This document shows positions 53,891 through 63,483 of a stretch of 64,000 bases of DNA, piece by piece. Within the stretch, counting starts at the first letter, position 1, and every line of letters starts with the position of its first letter. The DNA is taken from positions 1-64,000 of the forward strand of contig CAWFKQ010000014.1 of assembly GCA_963816395.1 (NCBI GenBank). Direction: 5' to 3'. The position numbers and the translations under genes are program-made. The stretch is from an uncultured delta proteobacterium (GTDB lineage: Bacteria > Desulfobacterota > Desulfuromonadia > Desulfuromonadales > JACZKF01). The notes beneath the pieces were generated by a model that had not been told where the DNA came from, did no database searches, and saw only the letters and a program-made list of their open reading frames with translations.

Positions 53891-55852
53891 CAGATCTCCC
53901 TCCCGATCCGGTGGCCTTCCCAGATCGCCATGTCGACCTTGCGGGGAGCGACGCTGTCGCCGATCCGGTACAGCTCCTTCACCTTCCCTTTCAGCTCTTT
54001 ATAAAGGGCGTCGTCCGCCCGCTGCCCCATGGCGAGGACGATGGAGTCGTACGGCCCCCACTCCTGCCAGACGTTGGAGTAGACGTTGAAGCCCTTGACC
54101 GTCTTGGCGCCGGTATCGCCGCCGACCTCCATCACCGCGATGTCGGGGGTGAAGGTGACGCCCTTCTGCAGGAGCCGCTGCCGGGTCAGGTAGAGGTCCT
54201 GGGTCGGCCCCAGTTCGGCGCCGATGAACAGGCTGGAGGTGATGATATGCACCGTCTTGCCGCGGATGGCGAGCAATTCGGCGGTGGCGGTCGCCCGGTG
54301 GTGGCCGTCGTAGTCGATCAGGCAGACCTTCTCCCCCAGCTCCGGCTGCTCATCGAGTACCTGCCAGACATTGAAGACAGAGGGGCCATCGGCGCCGCCG
54401 ACCGGGTGCTCCTTGGGCACGCTGCCGGTGGCGACGATCACCACGTCCGGGTTCTCGGCCACGACCCGGCCGGCCGTCGCCTCGACCCCGAGGCACACCT
54501 TGACGCCGGCCTTGTCGACCTGCTCCTTCTCGTTGCGGACGATGACGCCGAACTCGTCGCGGCCGGTCCCCTTCATGGCGGTCAGGACCTGCCCGCCGAG
54601 GCTTTCGTTGCGGTCGTACAGGGTCACCTGGTGGCCGCGGCGTCCCGCCATCTTGGCCGCCCACATGCCGCCGGGGCCGCCGCCAACGACCGTCACCTTC
54701 TTCGCCACCGCCGCCTTCGCCAGCGTCCCTTCCCCCCACTCCTTCTCCCGCCCGACGGCCGGGTTCTGCACGCAGCCGAGGAGCTTGTTCATGCCGATGC
54801 GGCCGATGCACCCCTGGTTGCAGGCGATGCAGTAGCGGATGTCCTCCATGCGCCCCTCGTAGGCCTTCTTCGGCAGGAACGGATCGCAGATCAGGGCGCG
54901 GCACATGCCGATCATGTCGGCCTGGCCGGCGGCCAGGACCTTCTCCGCCATCACCGGATCGTTGATGCGGCCGGTGCAGAAGACCGGCAGCTTGATCTTC
55001 TCGCGCACCCCGGCGGCGAGCGGGATGGTGTAGCCGAGGGGGGTGTGCATCGAGCCTTCGACCAGGTAGAGGTTGTAGAAGGTGGCGATGGAGAGATCCA
55101 TGAAATCGATGAGGCCCGACGCCTCGAAGCGGGCGCAGATCTCCTGCACCTGGGCGAGATCCAGGCCGCCCGGGATCATCTCGTCGGCGCACATGCGCAC
55201 GCCGAGGGTGAAGTCCCGCCCCACCGCCTTGCGCACGCGCCGAGATGAACATCAGCGGGGCGCGCAGCCGGTTCTCCAGGCTGCCGCCGAACTCGTCCTG
55301 GCGGAAGTTGGTCAGCGGCGAGAGGAACTGGCGGGCCAGGCTCGAATGCCCGAACTGCAGCTCGATGCCGTCGAAGCCCCCCTCGCGCACGTGGATGGCG
55401 CTTTTGGCGAAGTAGCGCGCCACCTCCTCGATGTCCTCCGGCTCCATCTCCTTCGGCGTCTCGCGGAAGAGCACGTCCGGCATCGGCGAGGGCGCCCACA
55501 CCGGCAGGCGCGAAATGGAGCCGTCCCCCTGCTGCCCGTTGTGGTTGAGCTGGGCGAAGATCCTGGCGTCGAACTGGCGGACGTAGTCGGTGACCTTGCG
55601 GAAGCCGGGGATCACCTCGGGGTGGTAGACGTCGATCAGCTTCTCGTAGGCCATGTCCGTGGGATGGACGCTCATCTCCTCGGTGATGACGAGACCGGCC
55701 CCCCCCTTCGCCCGCTCGCCCCAGTAATACATCTGGCGCTCGCTGGGGAGGTTCTTCACCGCCAGGTTGGTCAGGTGCGGCTGGAAGGAGATGCGGTTCT
55801 TCAGCTCCACCGTGCCCAGCTTGATCGGGGAGAAAAGGTAAGGGAACATCAT
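53890..55852 (-). CDS. Mycofactocin-system FadH/OYE (TMADH-like) iron-sulfur flavoprotein, frameshift near 55240
   Basis: LFSPIKLG, RAKGGAGL, GFDGIE, NFRQDEFGGSLENR, CIACNQGC..C Fe-S motif, VVGGGPGG. Confidence 0.9.
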
Positions 55853-55884
55853 GGGTTTAGGCTCCTTTGGTCGTTTCTTTCACC

Positions 55885-55970
55885 ATCCCCTCACCCCCCT
55901 CCTATAAAGGTGGGGGAAAGACCTTTAGCCCCCTCTCCCCTGGTGGGAGAGGTCTGGGGAGAGGGGGGAT
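55885..55970. repeat. REP-like element CCCCTCTCCC..GGGAGAGG..GGGGAGAGGG
   Basis: Paired purine/pyrimidine hairpins between mftC and the OYE gene. Confidence 0.6.
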
Positions 55971-55974
55971 GTGT

Positions 55975-57016
55975 CTACGCCGCGGCCGTCTCGCGCTCGT
56001 CGGCGATGGAGCGTCACGCAGCGCTCGAGGCACTCCGGGTCGCCGCCGTCGATGCGGTTCTTCAGGTGGTAGGCGACCGCCGGGCAGCCGCCGTGGCACT
56101 GGTCGAAGCGCTGGCACTCCTCGCAGGAGCGGATGCGCAGGTTGCGCAGGGATGCGAAGATCGGCGCGCCGTCCCACATCTCCTGGAAGGTCTGGGTGCG
56201 GATCGAGCCGGCCAGGAACTCCTCCCGCTGCAGGAAGGCGCAGGGGTAGAAATCGCCCCGCGGGCCGACGCAGGCGGTCAGCTTGGCGGCGCCGCAGAGG
56301 TTGAGCCCGAGCCCCTGGCGCTCCTGCGGGGTCAGGGAGAAGAAGCTGTCGCCGGTGCGCACGTCCCCCTGGCGGCTCAGCCAGTCGGAGAAGGCGAGGA
56401 GCTGCCCGGGCCGCGGGCGCAGGTCCTGCCAGTTCTCGCTGCCGCGCCCCGAGGGGCGAAAGCGGCTGACCCGGAAGGAGACGCCGAGCTGCTTGGCCAG
56501 CTCGTGCAGGTCCGGGATCTCGTGGGCGTTCAGGGAGGTCAGCACGGTATTGATGCTGGTCGGGATGCCGGAGCGGGCGAGCAGCGTCAGCGCCTCGATG
56601 GCGGCGGCATGGGTGCCGCGGCCGCGGATCGCTTCGCAGGTCTCCTTGCGGGCGCCGTCCATGCTCACCTGGATGGCGACCAGCCGGGTGGCGGCCAGCC
56701 GCGCCACCCGCTCGGCGTCGAGGCAGGTGCCGTTGGTCGAGATGCAGGTCATGATGCCGCGCTCGTGGCAGGCGCCGAGGATCTCTTCGAAGTCGGGGCG
56801 CAGGAACGGCTCGCCGCCGCCGAAGTTGATCTGGAAGACGCCGGCCGCATGGATCTGCTCGACCAGGTCGAGGGCCTCGGCGGTGTTCAGCTCGTCCGGC
56901 GCCGTCTCGGCGGAGGCCGACAGGCAGTGCCGGCAGCGCAGGTTGCAGGCGTAGGTCACTTCCCAGGTCAGGTTGACCGGGGAGCGCAGTCCCATCTCAA
57001 CAAATCGGTTGCTCAC
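55975..57016 (-). CDS. mftC: Mycofactocin radical SAM maturase; probable frameshift in the last codons (ORF track ends at 55925)
   Basis: LTWEVTYACNLRCRHCLS, INFGGGEPF, LNLCGA, YPC, SPASM CEEC..CHGGCPA..DPEC. Confidence 0.93.
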
Positions 57017-57254
57017 GGAGAAATCCTCTTTCTAGAAGTTGCGCCAGGAACTTGCGCAATATTTTCTGCTGCGGCGCCGACAGCCCCGGGGGGAGTTCGT
57101 CCCGGCGGCGCTCGGCGGCGAAGAAGTCGGCGGGGAGAAGTCTGCCGGTTTCGGCGAAGAGAAGGCGCGGCCCCCTGGAGTCGTAAAACAGGAGGCCGAA
57201 CCCCTCTTGCCGCACGCGGCAGGCGGGATGCAGCCGGATGCCTGCCGCTTCCAT
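56997..57254 (-). CDS. mftB: Mycofactocin RRE chaperone
   Basis: RLHPACRVRQEGFGLLFYDSRGPRLLF..LAQLLERGFL; between the precursor and the rSAM gene. Confidence 0.9.
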   Translation of the reverse strand: MEAAGIRLHPACRVRQEGFGLLFYDSRGPRLLFAETGRLLPADFFAAERRRDELPPGLSAPQQKILRKFLAQLLERGFLREQPIC

Positions 57255-57255
57255 C

Positions 57256-57363
57256 TCAGTACACCCCGCAGATGCCGTCGATAGCGAGTTCCTCGATCTG
57301 GATTTCCTCCAGGATCATGGGCTCTTCGTTGCAGGTTTCGTCTACTTGCTTTTCCGTTTCCAT
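57256..57363 (-). CDS. mftA: Mycofactocin precursor peptide, variant (35 aa, not in ORF track)
   Basis: METEKQVDETCNEEPMILEEIQIEELAIDGICGVY*; GAAAGGAG RBS; C-terminus matches IDG(M/I)CGVY. Confidence 0.95.
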   Translation of the reverse strand: METEKQVDETCNEEPMILEEIQIEELAIDGICGVY

Positions 57364-57423
57364 CTTGTCTCTCCTTTCAAAGGTCTGGCGCCCCATAATG
57401 TTGCGCGATCTATTCCCCTACTC

Positions 57424-57459
57424 TGCAACGCCGGTGCCAATAATAGAACATTGGTCTAT
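57424..57459 (-). promoter_or_regulatory. Sigma-54 promoter of the mft operon with adjacent 17-bp palindrome
   Basis: TGGCAC-CGGCG-TTGCA at 57439-57424; ATAGAAC-ATT-GGTCTAT at 57443-57459. Confidence 0.85.
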
Positions 57460-57703
57460 GTCAGCATTTTCCCGCTGCCGCGCCCGGGCCGTTTTCCTTG
57501 ACCGGGCCGTTATGGGGAGAAATTGGACATTGTACAACCGGTGGACTTTTTCGAAGGAGAGGTTGCTGGTGAATTTTTCTACAGTGAGGAGCTTGTCCAC
57601 ACTTTCCAAACCATTGTTTTATGATATTGGCGTTTGTCAATAGTGGAACGGGAGTGCATGATAGGTCCTATACGTGTCCAACTGGACCTATAATGGAGTC
57701 GTC

Positions 57704-58201
57704 ATGCCGGAACCGAACTCGCACTGCTCCTTCTGCGGGGCTGAATTCTCTCCGTCTGCGGCGTGGCCGCGGAAGTGCCGCGCCTGCGGGAATACCACCT
57801 ATCGCAACCCGATTCCGGTGGTGGTGGTCCTGCTGCCGGCAAACGGCGGCCTGGTTGCCATCCGGAGAAACATCGAACCGCAAAAGGGGCTGCTCGCGCT
57901 GCCCGGCGGCTATCTCGATTACGGGGAGAGCTGGCAGGAAGGGGCGAGCCGGGAGCTGCGCGAGGAGACGGGGATCGAGATCGCCCCCGAGGACCTTCGG
58001 CTCTACGACGTCCTGACCGCCCCGGACGGAACGATCGTCATCTTCGGCCTGGCCGGGAAAGGTATCCGGGGTCCGGTGGCCGCGCATTCCTCGGCGGAGA
58101 CCCTGGAAGTCGTCGTCATCGACCGGACGACCGAGCTGTGTTTCGAGCTGCACAACCAGGTGACGGCCAGATATTTTACCGAGAACGACAGGCGGAGCTG
58201 A
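57704..58201 (+). CDS. NUDIX hydrolase with N-terminal zinc ribbon
   Basis: HCSFCG..CRACG..YRNP; LPGGYLDYGESWQEGASRELREETG. Confidence 0.92.
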   Translation: MPEPNSHCSFCGAEFSPSAAWPRKCRACGNTTYRNPIPVVVVLLPANGGLVAIRRNIEPQKGLLALPGGYLDYGESWQEGASRELREETGIEIAPEDLRLYDVLTAPDGTIVIFGLAGKGIRGPVAAHSSAETLEVVVIDRTTELCFELHNQVTARYFTENDRRS

Positions 58202-58336
58202 ACGAGCACCGGCCAGCCATCACCAACCTCCGAGCACTCCCGTCGCCAGCATTTCACCAGGCACTCCCCCGGGTTAAAGGCCCCCCATTCCCCTGTATAA
58301 TAGCTGGGTGTTGGCCCGCACCTGGGGACAAACACC

Positions 58337-59675
58337 ATGGAGAGATTCCCGAAATCCGCCATCTCGCGGTTGCATACCTGGCTGAAGCGGCTGGTCAGGG
58401 TGGAACCGGAAGAAATCCCGGCGCTTCTCTGGTCGTTCAGTTACTTTTTTGCCCTGCTGTGCGCCTATTACATCGTGCGGCCGATGCGCGACGAGATGGG
58501 GATCGCCGGCGGCGTCGAGCATCTGCAGTGGCTCTTTACCGGCACCTTTCTGGCGATGCTGGCCGCGGTCCCCCTGTTCGGCTGGGTGACCTCGCGCTAT
58601 CCCCGCCGGCGGTTTCTCCCCCTGGTCTATCTCTTCTTTATCGCCAACCTGCTCCTCTTTTTCGGCCTGTTTCGCTCCGGCCTGACCCACGCCTGGGTGG
58701 CGCGGGCCTTTTTCATCTGGACCAGCGTGTTCAACCTGTTCATCGTCTCGGTCTTCTGGAGCTTCATGGCCGACCTGTTCAGCAATGCCCAGGCCAAGCG
58801 CCTGTTCGGTTTCATCGCCGCCGGCGGCACCGCCGGGGCGCTGGCCGGCCCGGCCCTGACCGCCACCCTGGCCATCCCCCTGGGGCCGACCAACCTGCTG
58901 CTGATCTCCGCCGCCGGTCTCGGCTGGGCGATCCTCTGCATCCACCGGCTGATCGCCTGGAGCGCGGGGGCCGACCCGGACCGGCCGGCGCCGCCGGCCG
59001 GCGGGAGAACCGCCCGCCGGCCGGCAGGGAGCGGGGCCTGGGCGGCGGGGCGCTGGCCGGGGTCCGGCTGATCGCCCGCTCCCCCTACCTGCTGGGGATC
59101 GGCCTGCTGATCCTGCTCTACACCACCCTGTCGACCTTCCTCTATTTTCAGCAGGCCACATCGTCCGCGACAGTTTCAGCGACCCGGCCACGCGCACCAC
59201 GGTCTTTGCGGCCATGGATTTTGCCGCCAACGCCCTGACCCTCGTCATCCAGGTCTTTCTCACCAGCCGCATCGTCAGGGGCTTCGGCCTGGGCTGGAGT
59301 CTGGCGCTGATCCCCCTGCTGCTGGGGGGCGGCTTTCTGCTCCTCGGCGCGGCGCCGCTGCTGGGGGTGCTGGTCGCCGTTCAGGTGGTGCGCCGGGCCG
59401 GCAATTACGCCATCATGAAGCCGTCCCGGGAAATGCTCTTCGTCGTTCTCGACCAGGAGGAAAAGTACAAGGCGAAAAACGTGATCGACACGGTCATCTA
59501 CCGCAGCGGCGACGTGGTCAGCGCCTGGGCCTATGCGGGGCTGCAGGCCCTCGGGCTCGGCCTTTCCGCCATCGCTTTCCTTGCCGTGCCGGTGGCCGGG
59601 GTCTGGGCGTGGATCTGCTTCCGGCTCGGCAGGATGCAGGAAGCCGAGCGCAAATCAGAGGAGGTATCGCCATGA
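58337..59675 (+). CDS. NTT/TLC-like MFS transporter, two frameshifts near 59030 and 59160
   Basis: YYIVRPMRDEMG, FNLFIVSVFWSFMADLF..QAKRLFG, KPSREMLF..KYKAKNVIDT. Confidence 0.85.
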
Positions 59676-60601
59676 GAGGAATCGATCATCCGATGTCCCG
59701 AAGAACCTTCGTCGGCTCGCTGGCCGCCGCGCTGGCGGCCGCCTGGCTGGTCCTCCCGGCGTGCGCGCCGGCGGAGAAGGACCTGATCCGAAAGGCCATC
59801 CCGGGCACCGGGGAAACGCTGCCGGTCATCGGCCTGGGCACCTCGCGGACCTTCGACGTCGGCAATGATGAGGCCGCCCTGTCGGACCTCGCCGAGGTCC
59901 TGCAGGCCTTTTTCGCCAACGGCGGAGAGCTGATCGACTCCTCCCCCATGTACGGCACGCGGAGCGGTGGTCGGCGGGCTGCTGAAGCGGGTCGGTCACC
60001 GCGAGACCTGTTCGCCGCCACCAAGGTCTGGACCGACGGCCGGGAGGCCGGCATCCGGCAGATGGAGGATTCGCGGCGCAAGTGGGGGATCGCCGCTTCG
60101 ACCTGATGCAGATCCACAACCTGCGCGACTGGCAGACGCATCTGCCGACCCTGCGCGCCTGGAAAGCCGAGGGCAAATCCGCTACATCGGCATCACCACC
60201 TCCCACGGCCGCTTCCACCGGGAACTGGAGGAGATCCTGCGCAACGAGCCGCTCGACTTCGTCCAGTTCAGCTACAACATCGAGGACCGCACCGCCGAGG
60301 AGCGCCTGCTGCCGCTGGCGGCCGAACAGGGGGTGGCGGTTCTGGTCAACCGCCCCTTCCAGCGCGGCGAGCTGTTCCGCAAGGTCAAAGGGAAGCCGCT
60401 GCCCGACTGGGCCGCCGAGTTCGACTGCGCCAGCTGGGGGCAGTTCTTCCTCAAGTTCATCGTCTCCCATCCGGCGGTCACCTGCGCGATACCCGCCACT
60501 TCCAAGGTCCGCCACATGGAGACAACATGGGGGCAGGATTCGGCCGGCTGCCCGATGCCGCGATGCGCCGGAGAATGGTGGACTATTTCGATTCGTTGTA
60601 A
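59672..60601 (+). CDS. Tat-signal aldo/keto reductase, several frameshifts
   Basis: SRRTF Tat motif, IGLGT, IDSSPMYG, ATKVW, DLMQIHNL, YIGITT, AIPATSK. Confidence 0.8.
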
Positions 60602-60939
60602 CCGGAGAGGTTCGCGAGGCAGCGAGTCCCCCGCATCCCCTCCGGCGGCAGGGTGGTGCGGAACATGGTGGCGACGCCGCGGGGGAATCTCTATCCGGCC
60701 TGCAGTGAACAAGGCGCCGTGGTGATGATAGAATAAGCAGAATCTTCGCAGCCGGCCCGGGCCTATCAGGCGCGCTTGTAATTGACAGAGGTTCGGCTTA
60801 GGCGGGTTCGGCTGACCAGGCGGCGTGAACGAAAGGAAACAGGGGTGAACGGTCTACACTACTGACAAGTATTCTTGCACGGCGATGTCAATATGTACCG
60901 ACACCCTCAGCCCCTCCATACAAGAGGAGAACGGATAGC

Positions 60940-61236
60940 ATGAAGGTTCTGGTTGATTTGTGCATCGTCCCAGTCGGTGTCGGGGTGTCCCTCTCCCCCT
61001 ATATTGCGGCCTGCGAAAGGGTAATGACCGCGGCCGGTCTGAAGACCTCACTGCATTCGTACGGCACGAATATCGAGGGAGAGTGGGACGAGGTGTTTGC
61101 GGCGGTGAAGCGTTGTCACGAAGTCGTCCATGAGATGGGCGCGCCGCGGATCACCACAACCATCAAGCTGGGCACCCGGACGGACCGGGTCCAGACAATG
61201 GAGGATAAGGTGAGGAGCGTGAAGGAGAAGCTCTGA
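60940..61236 (+). CDS. MTH1187/YqgV thiamine-binding family protein
   Basis: VDLCIVPVG..SLSPYIA..HSYGTNIEGEWDEV..GTRTDR. Confidence 0.9.
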   Translation: MKVLVDLCIVPVGVGVSLSPYIAACERVMTAAGLKTSLHSYGTNIEGEWDEVFAAVKRCHEVVHEMGAPRITTTIKLGTRTDRVQTMEDKVRSVKEKL

Positions 61237-61569
61237 GCCGGGAAAATCTGGTATTGGCGCGGCTTTCCCCCTCCCTTGATAAAAAGCCTCGAACAGCAGC
61301 GACCACTTGTCCCCCACGAGGTCGAGGGTGTTCGCAACGGGGCAGGGGGAGCGCCGAAATCCTTCTTGTTTCTTCGAGCTGTTTCAGACACGGCGCCAGG
61401 CAATAAATTCAGGTGAGCAGGCTAACGGGTGGAGATCTGCAAGTAGCTGATTTTCAGCTACTTTGACAACCGTCGAGGTGGTGATAAAAAAGCATTAACC
61501 GCTCGCAAATGCGAAGAAAGCGGTCTTTCGGAAATTCCAAACACACGCCATCGGGAAGGAGAACCGATC

Positions 61570-61761
61570 ATGATTAAAGTCGCATTAACAGCGGTCCTGG
61601 CAATGGTGGTTGTCGGGTGTGCAGGGCCGGGGGCGGTCGGACGAACAAGCAACCAGGAGTTCAGGGAAGGGGTCGGTTACAATCGGCCCGCGGAACCCAA
61701 TTTCCCCACGGGAGTAGCGGACGTTGGCGTCCCGAAAAATGTGCCGGGCGCGATTAATTAG
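61570..61761 (+). CDS. Small lipoprotein
   Basis: AAGGAG RBS; lipobox VVGC. Confidence 0.6.
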   Translation: MIKVALTAVLAMVVVGCAGPGAVGRTSNQEFREGVGYNRPAEPNFPTGVADVGVPKNVPGAIN

Positions 61762-61963
61762 CCGATGATCGATCCTGAGCTTTCGGTCGATCCGAAAGTC
61801 GTTAACATCGGGGGCTGAAGTTCGCCTATCACCACTGACCAGCCCAGTACAACGCCAGATAAAAGGGGATAGGCTGCTGTTCCGAAAAACGCAGCCTATC
61901 CCCTTTTCAGCCTTTGATCCTCGCTTCACCCCGATCCAGATGCAAGCAGAAGTGCCAAGAATT

Positions 61964-62456
61964 TCAGGGTGATGGCATTGGGAACTGTATATAAGGCGGG
62001 GGTGGCGTTTTATCTGGCGGCACATAGGCCGGCGCCGGTTCGCCGGCCGGCCCCAGTGCCCTGGCCAGTTGATGGATCGCCCTCAGATCGCTTTCGCTCA
62101 TATCCCGAAGCGCAAACCAGGGCATCGGCGGGCGGGAGCGCAGGGTCCTGGCAAATTGCACCCATTTATCTTCGGAATATGCTTTGCGCGAAAAGCCGCA
62201 GATTGGTTGGATAGGTCGTGCCCCACGGTCCATGCCAACCGAGTTTATCGCCAACGAGCCACCGCGCTTCCGGGAGCAGCCCTCCGGACTCGGCATATCC
62301 CGGCGTATGGCAGTCATTGCAGCCGGCTATCCTGACGAGATATCTCCCGCGCTCCTGTTGCGGCTCTGATCCCCCCTGAAAAGGGTCTGACTGCGCCGTT
62401 CCTGAAAGAACCACCATGCCGACCACGAGTAACATGACCTGTCCATACTTGGGCAT
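61964..62456 (-). CDS. Monoheme cytochrome c, frameshift near 62180
   Basis: Signal peptide, RGRYLV..GCNDCHTPGY, GPWGTTYPTNL, then RPPMPW..DLRAI in another frame. Confidence 0.8.
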
Positions 62457-62475
62457 GGAACCTCCTTCGATAACT

Positions 62476-63111
62476 TCACCCCTGTCGCCACATCCTCGCC
62501 GTCTCCTGGGCGAAATCCTCGAACCTGCGCGGTGCGTGCCCGAGCAGTTTCGTCAAACGCTCAATGTCCGCGGGGACGGCCTGGAGACCCTTTTCCTGGA
62601 AGAACCGGTACATGAGCCGGAAGTCGAAGGCCATCCACGCGGGCAGGAACGACAACGATTGCTGCTCCCAGCTGCCGAGATCGTTGCCGCCGTAGCGGAT
62701 GGGTTTGCCCAAGGCGCGGGTCCCGTGTAGGGAACGCCTGCAGACTTGACGACCTTCTCGATCGGGAGCTTGGCGCCGAAATGTGGCAGATGCAAAGCAG
62801 ATTCCAGATTGAATACTGACATATACACGAGGCGCTTCACGCCTGACATGCGGATGCCATTCAAGGCCATGAGGCCTTCATGCGTCTCCGTGGGGCTGAC
62901 GGCGTTCAGCAGGAAAACGCCGTCCATGCCCTTGAATACGGAGCGCACCGTCCCTGTATCGAGCAGGTCGCCGATCACGGCCTGAGCCCCTGCGGGGAGG
63001 CTCCGGCTTGGTACTGCGCGTGAGCACCCGGACCTCCACCCTGCGCGCCAGCAATTCGCGCACGACCTGCGAACCTGTCGTTCCCGTCCCGCCGACCACA
63101 AGGATTCTCAC
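62476..63111 (-). pseudogene. NmrA/NAD(P)H-binding protein with frameshift and internal deletion
   Basis: ILVVGGTGTTGSQVV, PHFGAK..AGVPYT joined directly to LGKPIRYGG, skipping the usual middle segment. Confidence 0.7.
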
Positions 63112-63277
63112 CTGAGGCCCTCCCTGGCTGAGCGCTTGACCGATGCTGAACAAGATAGCACGGATACTACAAGGGGCAACTCTGAAGGGGGCGGGAAGAG
63201 TTCGGGGGATGAGTGGCGCTGAGGCTGGTGAGAGGGTCCTCTGCTCTTCCGGCACGGCCTCGCCTGACTTTTGCCCC

Positions 63278-63372
63278 TCCGCCGGGCAACCTCGGAGCGG
63301 GGGAGTCCTTCGCGTTTCGCTTCTTCGGCCAGGCGGTGATCCAGGTCATCGAGGAGGCGCAGGCTCAACCGT
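63278..63372 (-). pseudogene. Ribbon-helix-helix (CopG-like) fragment
   Basis: LSLRLLDDLDHRLAEEAKREGLPRSEVARR. Confidence 0.45.
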
Positions 63373-63483
63373 CATCGCGGGAGGCTTGCTTCTTTGTTTT
63401 TTATTGACGACAGCCGTCGGAACAAGTAGGAAGATACATGTCCATGTGAAGCGGTTATTTGAAACCTTTTTACAGGATAAACA

